NCBI GenBank assembly: GCA_036172245.1
Contig: JAYWIR010000016.1
Span: 2,604,001-2,668,000, forward strand
DNA length: 64,000 nt
Direction: 5' to 3'
Origin: Raillietiella orientalis
Taxonomy: Eukaryota
The notes beneath the pieces were generated by a model that saw only the letters and a program-made list of their open reading frames with translations, ran no database searches and was not told the origin of the DNA. Numbering within the stretch: position 1 is the first letter of the stretch; each line of letters opens with the position of its first letter. Shown in pieces: positions 36,266-46,816 of this stretch. The position numbers were made by a program, and so were the translations under genes.

Positions 36266-39200
36266 TCAAGGGCAGATAAGAGGGTGGGAACCAACTGCTT
36301 GCGAGTTCCCTCCAGGCGAAGATCCCTCGCCCGTCGGAAAGGAGGAGGGCGGTTTCACCGGGAAACCGTGGAAACGGGGGAGGAGGTGAAGACGTGATGA
36401 GGTGCGGGAAGAAGATGCCGCAAGCGGCAACAAACTCCGCACTTCCTTCCCCAGTTTCGCTCTCCATTCCTTCCCCCCTTCCATCCGTCCGCTTTCTAGC
36501 CGCTCACCCTGCACTCTGCTCCTCCCCTGCGCGACCCAGGAGTACCTTTTCGACACCAGGAGCCTCATCCAGGGATTGGACGACAGCAGCGACGAGCTTT
36601 CCTTGTCGTGGAGGGGGTTCCGTTCGTTTCTGCGGAACTTGGCCCGCCTGTTCTGGAACCAAACCTGGAAGGGTCAGCCGGAAGTGTTCAACAGGAAATT
36701 TCCGGGCCTTCGGCTTTCAGAGGCGCAGGAAGGGGAAGGGGAAGGGGAGGGATGGAAATGTGAAGGCAGCGAGGAAAAGGGCCTCGGGTCGAAAAGGACG
36801 ACGCGTTGCGCCCGGCAGAGCGGTGCGCGACCCCGGTCTCGCCGTTTTAGTCCCTCGGGGATGCGGGAAGGGAGCCACGTCGGCCAAGCGTGCGCCACAC
36901 TTTGATCTTAGCCAAAAGGCCGAGACCAAAAGACGCGTCTGTCCCATTTTCCTTCTCTAGCTTACTCCTATGCCGATCTCCCCTTCGCATTACCACCCAC
37001 CCTGTATCCCGTGAGAGTGCTTTCAAAGAAGGAACGCAAAGCTTGAGGCGTTGGCTGAGGCACCGCTGTGCGTGTCTCCCCAGAAACGGAAGTTCTTCCC
37101 ATTCACCTTTCGTGCAGCAGTGCCCCAAAAGGGCCCAAGTGGGGTACGGAGGAGGTGGGTGGGGGTTACGCGCGCTTGCAATTCTGTAGCAGTGGCGGAC
37201 ACAAATAGCCTCCTGCTTTTTATCGCTTCTCTTACGAGGAGTAGCGCCTGCGTCCTGTCGGTTGCGCGCGAGGAGAACCAGGAGGATGCTGGTCAGAAGG
37301 AAGACCCTGAGGGGTTCCTTCTGGGCCAGCTCGGAGTGCCCACACGGTTGCCATCAAGCTGCTGGATGGCGTTCGCGGGCAGTGGCGCACCCTGACGACG
37401 CGCCTCATTCTCCCTTGACCTCACGGGATGGGAAGGGAAGCATCAGACCCCACTTCGAGCATTGGTTGCGAAGTGCAAGGGAGGGGAACCGTGCGCAATG
37501 CGTCATGTCGCAGCCACAGTGACATACGCGAGCATGGCCAAGCGACCCCGCTCCCCGCAAGAGGGTCCTGGTTGGCAGGGTTGAGGGCGTTCCTCGGGAG
37601 AGAGCAGCCCCTACCACGCGCGGAAGTCCCTCGAGCGCGCGGGACGCGGTTTTAGGGTTGAAAGACATAGCTGCTCCCCCTTCCCTGTGTCCTCGAGTGC
37701 GGTTCGAGGGAATAGGGAGGCTCCCCCCCGAACGAGTGGCCCCTCCCGCAGTCATCCCAGAGACCTGGATCCTGGACTCGCTCAGGTTCACGGAAGCTGC
37801 GAGCTCTTCTCTGACGAACGCGTCCGGGTAGTGCGTCTTGTCGAAGGTCATCTCCAGAGCAGCGACCTGTTGGTTGGTGAACGCCGTCCGGCTGCGCCGC
37901 TGCTTGCGCCTCCGCTCGACAGCGGGACAGCCGCTGGCGCTGGTTCCGTCCCCTGGAAAGCAGGCAGTCTTGGAGGAGGGAAGAAAGGCGGGAGGGATGG
38001 CGGCCGATAGTCTCCTGGAGTGCTGTGGCAGCGGCTCCTCGGTCCAGCGAGCGCAGACCGCAGCTCCTCCTCCAGCTGGCGCGGGAGCCACCTGTGGACC
38101 GTGAACTAGTGAGACGAGCGTGAGCAGGCGAAAGCAGAGGGATGAGGAGAGGCGAAGCACGAGGTGACAGGGAACCGCTCCGAGAGAACCATTTCCATGG
38201 AGACGCGAAGACGGACGCCGTGCACGCGCAGACAACGACGAGGTTCCGGGGATGGCCATGGATGGGAGAAGGTGGAGAAAGGGGTTGGGTGGAATCTTGT
38301 TTGATCTCGTTCCTGGCAGAAAGGAGGAATTCTGAATCCAGGGAAGAATAGCGCGAGAACGACGGCAGTGGAAGCTCGGGCTGGCGGATAACCGGGAAGG
38401 ATGGGCAAACGTCCGTCGCAAGGGCCCGCAGCCAGGTGGTGAGGAGCAACTCACTTGAGGGGGATGGGGGGGAAGAGGAGAAGGAGGAGGAAGCGGAGAG
38501 GTGGGGGTCGTCAAACGACGCATCGGGTCAGGAGAAACGAAGGTCTTTCGTTGTATCTGAAACCCGGTCTCTTGTCACGACCGCTCGCGGAAGGGAAACC
38601 GGGAGGGGGCGGCAGTCGCGTCGCACTCGGAGACGTCGACAGGGCCTTCCTGGACAGAGTAGGTCGGGAAGAGGAGGGTCGCTCCTGGTTCGGTGGAAGG
38701 TTTGCCTCTTCCTCCCCGTGCTCTCCCTATGGGACCCGCATCCTCAAGCAGGGAGAAAAGGGGGGACTACGATGGGGAAACTCACGAGAGGGAACCACAG
38801 CGCATGTCAAGGAGGGCGATGCGAAGCGGCACCCGTTCTTCCCCGGGGTCCGCGGAATCAGGGACTCCCTCGTCCGTTCATCTCGAAGAGGATGTCGGGA
38901 AGGGAACGAAAAGGGGTAGACGGAACCATCGCTTGCTTGCGTGGATGTTTTGGAGGGGGAGAAGGAAAAGAAACGGATCAAGAAAGGAGTAGGAGTAGAA
39001 GGGAGAATTTCCTAGCAAACTGCCCACGGCTCAAAGGGCCTGCCCTGGGGATCTCCAAGGGCAAGGAGAGATGGAAGGTTAACCAGTCCTTGGTGACTCG
39101 CACCAGGCGTCTCCTCGCTTTTCCTAGGGACTCCCAAAGGCTGCGGAAAGCGGTTGCCAGGCAACGACGCGGATCGCGAAGCCACCGGCAGTGGCGAGAT

Positions 39201-40575
39201 CGCCCCCGCCTCTCACTCCGCCCTCGCGTTTGGGAGGCTCCGATGTCGGTTCCATCCCACGCCCTACCTCCACCCAAAGTTTACGCATCCCACACGTTAA
39301 TTCCGATTTCTTCCCACTGGCTTGCTGGGCGAAGAGGAGGAGGAGGAAGGGAGGGTGGAGGAGCGATCCGCTCCCCGACGAGGTCGGCAACAGGGAGAAT
39401 AGGGAAGCCCCCGACTTCCGCACCCGTCTCTCGAACAACGCGTCCCTTCACGACGAAAGCATTTGTCCTCCCTTCCCCCTTCCCCTAATCCACTCCTCTC
39501 CCTCCATCCCCCTTTTCCGGAAGGAAAGGGGGCGAGTGAGAGGAAGAAGCGGGCACGGCTCTGGGGCTGTCCCACGCGTGCTCGACTACCCCCTTCCCTC
39601 GACAAGTCCCAGGAGAAGATGCCTCCGGGAGGGAGAAAGGGAAGGACAGCCGAAAGGTGTGCTGTTCTCATCTCTCCCGGGGACACGGAGAAGGGGGGAC
39701 AGGTGGAGCTGGGGACACTCTCGCTGAGGGTCCGCCCCAGAGAGGAGAGACAGAGCGCGGTGTCTTCGCGCCCTCTCCCCGCTGCGTGCGCTCCTCCTTG
39801 GAATCTTCCTAGCGCGGGGTCCCCCTTATACCTGTGCCTCTGGGAGGTCCGGGAAGTTTTCCATCTCCTCCCGGGACGAAGAACCCTGTCTCACCCCTTT
39901 CCGGGAACGTGATCAGCGCGCCTCCTTCCCCTCCTCCAGGTCCGGCTGTCGTCATCAGGGGACCCTCCGGCCGACCCCTCCCTGAGTTTCCTTCTTCCCT
40001 TCTCTCCTCAATATCTGATCCGGAGGGTGCCTGCAGGCAGTTCGAAGCAGCGTCCGTCCATCCTGGGCCCTGCTTCTTCCCTCGGGGGAGTCGTGAACCA
40101 GGTAGGAGGAAGGGGAAGGGGTGAAGCTGGTAAGGAAAGGAAGTTTCCCCTTCAGGGGACGTCCCCTTGCTCCCCACTCGCGTGCTCCTCGTTTCCTGTG
40201 AGCCTCTGCCAAGGTTGCCAAGGGTGCGTCCCGTCTCAGGCGGAAAGGGGAGAAGGAAGGAGGAGGTGGGGGCCGCCATCTCGGGGCCAGCTCGCGCGCG
40301 CGCGCTCTCCCGCGCCCGGCACACCACTTGCCTGCGCTCTCTTCATCGGGGCGCGCCTTCCCGCCGCCGCCGTCAGGGTAGCGGACGCTTCCCTGCCCTG
40401 CGCCGTCGTCGTCGTCGTCGTCGTCGCCACCGCTGCCAGCCGCGTGGGCGCGCGGGCGGACGAGCCCTTCCTCGTCCGACTCGTCCAGGCCCAGAAGGCG
40501 ACTGACGGTAAACTTCCTACCACCCTCCGGAGGGCCGCACCGCCGCGGGCAGGTGGCGCCGCTAGACACGTCCAT
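36266..40575 (-). CDS. Prrx: Paired-related (PRD class, Q50) homeobox transcription factor, Prrx family
   Basis: Exon 40575-40332 carries the eh1-like motif [12 protein letters not shown] (cf. Prrx NFSVSHLLDLEE). Exon 37952-37765 reads [50 protein letters not shown], followed by the typical PRD helix-3 intron. Exon from 36664 reads [28 protein letters not shown] and FRRNER are Prrx signatures. 3' end uncertain (read-through stop at 36266 or donor at about 36545). Confidence 0.85.
36897..36925 (-). ncRNA. U2: Truncated U2 snRNA 5' fragment (pseudogene-like, 29 nt)
   Basis: Minus strand TCTCGGCCTTTTGGCTAAGATCAAAGTGT matches U2 from about nt 7 to the start of the branch-site pairing region, with the invertebrate-type GATCAAAGTGT; the flanks do not match U2. 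Confidence 0.85.
40404..40426 (-). repeat. (GAC)7 trinucleotide repeat encoding poly-Asp in Prrx exon 1
   Basis: gtc repeats on the plus strand, in frame as DDDDDDD. Confidence 0.85.
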
Positions 40576-43508
40576 GGCCGCCGCCCTCACTCGGCGCGAG
40601 CCTCGCGCAGAGACCGCACCCGGGATTGATGTGCGCGCACGTCGGGAGAGAGGCGCTCGCGGAGAAGAACTCCCTCTTGGGAGCGAGCGGGATCGCGGAG
40701 TGCCGCCTTTCCGCCTAACGGGAACTCTCGACTCTCCTCTGCCTCGCGCTTCCCCCCCCCTCTTTCTTCTTCCCTGCCTGCTCCTGTGAGAGCGACGTCC
40801 GCTCGCTGGCACGGGACTCGTGCCAAGGAGAGAGTGCGCGCCGGTGTTCCTCTCGCAACCCCCTTCCTCTCCCTGCGTTCCCCCCCTCTCCCTCCGTTTC
40901 ACTCGAGGCGACTCCCGTTCGCTTCCGGCGTCTGGAGAACGGAGGAGGCGGCGGCGGTGGAGCGGAGTCTTCCCGGATCGCGTCCGCGAGCGGAGATCGC
41001 CCCGGCCGGAAGCCGGGTGCGCGCGCGCTCATTTTCCCCTCCTTCCTTCCCCGGGACTCCGACAGAGAGCGCCCGAAAGCCGCTCCCTCGGGATATTTTT
41101 ACTCGTGCCTTTCCCGGCGGGCACGCGGGATTTCTCTCGCTCTCCTTCGAGCGAAGCGCTTCCTCTTCTCTCCCCTCCCAGACCCTTTTCCGGGAGCACC
41201 CGGCCCGTCAAGGAGGCGGTGGGAGGGGAGAGGCGGAGCGGGCAACCGGGACCTCCCTTCCTCCTCCCGAAAAAAAGACCCCGGAGTACTCGCGCCGTCA
41301 ACCCCGGACCCGCGAGCATCCGTGTCTCCTCGCTCTCGGTAGGGGGGTAGAGGAGGAGGTCTTCTTCCCCTTCCATCCGGGAGGGCTGGAAGGAGGGAGA
41401 AGAAGGAGGCGGCGTTCCCGGATGATTGATCTGCATCCCGGGACAGCTGGCGCGGGAGCGCTCCCGCGACGCCGCGCGGAAGGGACGCGTTTTTTACTGC
41501 TTGTCAGCGCTAGCGAGGAGCTCGGCGAAAGGGACGGGGGCGCTAATTGGGGTAATCGATCTTCCCAGCGTCGTCGTCCCCGATCCCAGCAGCGCCGGGC
41601 GCGCGGCGCCTCTTCTGCGGAGCCATCCGTGTGGAGCGAAACCGTTCAAGAGGGGGGAGGGGCAAGGAGATCGTCGAGGGGGGAGGAAGGATGGCGGCGG
41701 GACAGCGTCACGGTGGGGCGGGGTCTCGGGGTGCTCACAGGGGCAGGACTCTGAGGCATTTCTCCGGCGGAGCAGGAAGGTGGCGCAAGCGCATCCCGGG
41801 ATGGTGAAGCGGACGCTCCCGAGCCAGCGCGCTCGTGAATTCTAGCTGCGCTGGGGAACCTCCGATCCCTCGGTCTCTTTTCCATGCCATCCCCTCCCCC
41901 GCTCCCATTGCTTCCAGCTTCTTTCGACTTCCTCCCAGGAGCTTGCTGAGCGACGCGAGCTAACGCGACGGCGATGTCCGCAAGTAGCCATTGGCTGGGA
42001 GAAGCCTCGGAGACCTCCCTCTTCGGAGTCCCCCTCGCCAGAGGCACAGAGATCACCCCTTGGCTTCGTGCGGGAGCGCTTGAGATCTTTTCTGTTTCCG
42101 TCTCTTCCCCATTCCTTCATTTAAGGGAGATGATTCCGCTGTAGGAGAGGAAGACAGAAGGAAGAAGAAATCCGAACGTTCTCCTCCCTTCCTCCTCTTC
42201 CTCACTTCTTCTCCTCTTCCTCTTCTTACTCCTCCTTCTATTGCAATCCTTCCTTCCTTTCCCTTCCCTAATGAAGATTGGTCCCTTGAGCCTCGCTCCC
42301 TCTCGTGGGAACGATACTCGTGCATCCCTCAGCTGTCCAGGGGAACCAGGATGAACGGCGGCGGGACACTCGACCACGGCGTAGAATGGTTCGGCAGTGG
42401 AAGCGGCACCAGCCTTCTCGGTGGCTGCAGGGGCAGAAATCACAGCAGACTCGAGTGTGAGCGGTGGCGGGACCCGTGGCAACCTGGGGAGGACTCCATG
42501 GGGGACCATTATTAGGGGGCGTCCCGGGAAGAAAGCAGGAGCGTGCTTCGTGGCAGTTCGAAAAGCGGTCGGTCCTGCCAACATCAGTGTTGCCGCGTGC
42601 AGTGAACCTCCCTCCCCCCACAGGTGATTTTTGATAGCACCAGACATCCTAATGATGACGGTCATGGAAGCAAAGAGTAGCCAGGGGCAACAGTGGTGAA
42701 GCTGCAGACAGCGGTGGGAGCCAGAATCGAGGGGTCACGGCAGTGAAGATGCCTCGTTCCGCCCTTGAGGTGTAAAGGAACTGGGAAAGGTTCGGTTGTC
42801 GGGTGCAAGTGCTGCTGCTGTCTCAGAGCTACTAGCGCTCCTGGAGGAGGCAGTTGCTGGGCAACGCCCCGAAACACGACAGGAGTGGGGAGGCAGCAGA
42901 AGCGCACTCGCTGGCAACACGTCTAATCAACTGCGGCAGTGGTCATATGGCAATCCTGTAGGATCAGCAGCAGCATCGGTGTTCCCGAGAGAGGTTTCAA
43001 GCCCCCAAGAAGGGGAAGACGACCCTTCCTTAACTCCCTTGCGGGGAATGGTGCGCTTCTGGGAAGAGGGTTCGAGCACTCTCCTCGAAAAGTGTAATTT
43101 CCGTCAGGGTAGGACAACGAAGTTTGGAAGAGGAAGAGGGGAAGACAGCGCCGTCCTCACAGAGGACGTGCATTCGGCAGGACGAGAGAGAAAGTGAGCT
43201 TTCCTCTCCTCTGCTATCCCTTCTGAGGAAGGCAGATGAGGCTCATCTCATCCGCCTTCCTCTTCCCGCGCGCCTTCCTTCCTCGGATGGGACTCTTGCC
43301 TTCTCCGTCTTTCCTGTCTCCCTGAATGCGCTCCAGGAAGATCCCTCCCTCTTCCGACTACATCAGAGACGGTGGCGCCCATCAGGGGAAGCGGCCAGAA
43401 GCGAAGGCTCCCCAGCAGGTTGCATCTGGGGGAAGGAGGAAGCGCTGGAAACTTCCCTTCTCAGGAGCGCGTTCCAGTGGCTTTTCAGGAAACCCCCACT
43501 ACTTGCGC

Positions 43509-43536
43509 ATTCTTCGTTTTCATGAAAACGAAGAAT
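43509..43536. repeat. Perfect 28-bp palindrome
   Basis: attcttcgttttcatgaaaacgaagaat equals its own reverse complement. Confidence 0.95.
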
Positions 43537-46500
43537 TGTCAGGGAGGCTCCCTCCGCAGTGTGAGTTCTCGGATAAAAGGATGACGGCAGGGGAGAAGGC
43601 ACTATTGGTGATTCGGACCTGGCGGCGGTCTCTTCTGCCTCTCTCCATCCGGAATCTGCTCGCTCCACTGTGGTAGCAAAAGACCAAAGACTGGTCTCCC
43701 CCTCCTTTTACCGCGGCTCCCGTGCCCTCCTCTTCCACGAAGGAAGGCAAACGAGCTTCTCCAGCTGTGGTCGGCCCCAAACCACTGAGGGCATCGGGAT
43801 ACCCTACCATCCCTGGAGGAAGCTTCTGAAGAGGAGGATTCCGGGGCTATCTCTTTTTTCCTCCAGGACGGACTGCCTCTTCTCCTCCCTGACAGGGAGC
43901 GCTTGTTTCCCTATGCATCTCCCCTTTCCAGGGAAAGCAACCACTCCTTATACCGAAAAGAGTGTTCCTCGGGAGTGGAACTGATGCAGTCCCTGAGGAC
44001 TTCCAGAAGCACGTATGGATAGTTGCAGTGTGGCGACGGGATACTGAGTGAGCTGGGGAAGCGCCGGCGAGCCGTGGACTGTGGCTGACTGGCAGCCATC
44101 CCACGGAAGGTGGCTCTTCCGTGGTCGCGGGGTGTCCAGTCGAGGCGGAAGGGGAAAGATGCAAGAAGAGAAGGGCAGGAGAGGGACGGGGAAAAAGGGA
44201 TGGGTCTGCCATGCAAGGGGGGAGGAAACTCATGGAACCGAAAGTCGCCGCAGAGGATGTGACGGAAGTTACAGCCTGGTACGGGTTACTAACTGCAAGG
44301 AGGTGCCGGATACTCCATCCCCCCCAGTAGCTGGGAAACCCCTAAAGTGTCCCAGACGAAGGCTGGGGTCTCATGTGAAGGAATTCCTCAGTGCTTTTCT
44401 CCGCAGGAGAACCTCCCGGTCCCCAGGTTCCCTCTTCATGGGAGCTTTCCCTCGAGGGTCCTCAGAAAGGGGGCAGGGTGCAGGATTGAGTCAGGATTCG
44501 CTCCCGGGATCTCAGGGAAGCGAAAGAACCGGAATCGTCAGGTCTCCTCCCCTTTCCCGCCCACCGGAGAGTCCCTTGTTTTTCGTCCTCGGATTCCGAA
44601 GCGATTCCCAGAGAGAACGACGTAATCACCTTCCTTCTTTCCAGAGAGCCTTCTGCTTTCCTCCTCTTCCGCTTCCCCCTTCCTGCCGCTTCCAGGGCCG
44701 AGAGGTCACAGAAGTTGGCCTCATGCTTTGTAAGGGCGAAGACGGGAGGGGTGACCAAGCGACCAGCCGCAGCCCCGTCTTTGCTCTGCCGTCGGCATAG
44801 CTCAAGTCGGCGCGTTGGCGGTGTCCCTTGCACACCTTCCAGGGGTTTGCTTCCGGTCGCCGCCGCGGAGTGGTGGTGGAACGCGGATCGGAAGGAACAG
44901 GACAGGAGGAAGGGAGGAAGGGAGGAGGAGGGGAGGGAGAGAAGGGGAGGAAGAGGAGGAAAAGAGAAGTAACAGGAAAAGGAGGAAAGGGAAGGGTAGA
45001 CGGGAAGCTCCTTGGCATCTTTCACTGCGTGTCACGGCCAAGGGGGAGAGCAGGCGCTTGCGCGCGGCGGCGGTCACTCCCGACTCCACGTCCGTCCTGC
45101 AAAGGGAGAAGCGTCCTGCTCATTGTGCCTCCTGAACTTTATGGAAGTTCGGTGGTGATCCTGGAAAAGAGCAGATTCGTCCCCACAGCGGGAAACCTGG
45201 AGGTCTCCCGCGAAGGGGGGGGAGGGAAGGGGAACAAAGGGGTCGCAGTTTGGGGAGGGGAAATCCACGTGGGACTGCGGTCGTAAAAAGTCTGTCGCTC
45301 TCTTCACCCTTTTACGGTTCGCAGCCGAGGTGGTGAGGGGGATGCCCGGTGCAAGGAAGGGATGACCCCTGGGGTGACCAAGAAAGACTCCCTTGAATTC
45401 CTCCTCCTCCTCCTCCTCCTCTTCACCGCTTCCCCTGGACTGCCGGACTGTCTGTAGGACATCATAGGAAGAAGTTGGCGCCGAGATCCTCCCGACCGCA
45501 GGTGGAGCCAGCAGCAGGGTTCTTTCTAGGCGATAGGGAGGGAACCCAAACGAGGTAGGAAGACGCCTGCTTCCTCGTTCTTGCCTCGCCCTCCCCTCTC
45601 CACCGGAGAGCAGGAAGGGTTAGGGTTGGAGATGGGATGAAAAGGACAAGGAGAGAGTAGGAGAGGAAGAACGAGAGGGGGGAGGGAGCGACGAAAGGCC
45701 GAGGGTCCGTTCCAACGGGGAAGAACGAGAGGTTGAAAGCCGGAGGTTTCTCGGAGTGGAAGAGGAGCAGCTCGTCCCTCCCCTTCTTTCTCTCTTCCTC
45801 CCTGTTTCCTCTTTGCCGAAGGAAGGGGGGAGGGAAGGGAAGCCGGGGACGGGGAAGGGGAGGTAGGCTGCATGAAACGCGATCGCTCCCTCGTGGCGTG
45901 GGGTGACCGTCGCGGACAGTCTCGGCACCCCTTTAATCGCTCCAGAAGTCCTCGGACCAACCGGACGAAAACAAAGGGCGAGGGGTAGGGAAAGGGGGAG
46001 TCCTGTTTGCAGTAGGAGAGGCCCTCGTGTTTGCTGAAGGAGAAAAATTTCGGCTGGAGCGGCGGCAGGGCTGCGCGTGGACCCAGCGGGGGGGAGGAGA
46101 AGAGAATCCGAGGATGAAGAAGGGTCGCGGGATGTTCCCACGGCAAGCGTGTGAGGAAGGAACCGGCTTCGGGGGTGGCCGCTGTCCACACCAGGGCTCG
46201 GAGAATTCGTTTCTCCGCGGCGCAGCGGGAGAGGGTCATCACTAACCCCGCAGCATCACTCAGTCGTTTACATGGCTCGCCGGGCTCTCTGCCGGAAGGC
46301 GGCTGCGCGCAGTCCGGAGGATGACGTCACAGCGATTGGGACACGGAAGCTCCGCCGCGATCGCGCTGCGCCCTTCTTCACCACCCTTCGACTGTTACCT
46401 GCCAACAATGCAGGTGATGGAATCGTGTGTTGCTAGGAAACGTCTGCCCCGTCGCTCGCGACAACGGCCGGCTTCCCCGTTGATACGGTGCACATTCCGA

Positions 46501-46769
46501 TTTACGTTGGTGCGCCCGGAGGGTCCTCCTCTCCTGCGTCCATGGAGACGCCTACGCATCTCCACAACCGCAGGCAGCAAGAAAAACCGCTGCTGCCTGC
46601 GGTTGGCTCGACCCTTTTTGATGGGTCCACCTCCGACGGCCCAATCGCGCTCTCGGCCTCGTCTCTCCATGAGGCGATCGCTAGTGAAAAGGGGGGAAGG
46701 AGTTCTGGAAAGGGGTCACGTCGACGGCTGGAGGGAGCTGAGGGCAGGGAGTGCTAGGGAGGGGAGTGC

Positions 46770-46816
46770 GTCCTGGTCCTTCGTCAGTCCTTCGTCCTTC
46801 GTCCTGGTTCGTCAGT
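46770..46816. repeat. Short degenerate tandem repeat (gtccttc / gtcctg units)
   Basis: gtcctggtccttcgtcagtccttcgtccttcgtcctggttcgtcagt. Confidence 0.7.

Noticed and set aside
37405..38523. Treating the 372-aa ORF as the whole homeobox protein, or calling it Dmbx or Shox
   Set aside because: The homeodomain breaks at the conserved helix-3 intron and resumes at 36664; [14 protein letters not shown] (Q50) excludes Dmbx (K50) and fits Prrx better than Shox
38436..39488. 350-aa plus-strand ORF
   Set aside because: Antisense within Prrx intron 1; purine-tract-derived Arg/Gly-rich sequence with no domain
40786..41754. 322-aa plus-strand ORF upstream of Prrx
   Set aside because: Probable GC-rich 5' UTR or promoter region of Prrx; translation is low complexity
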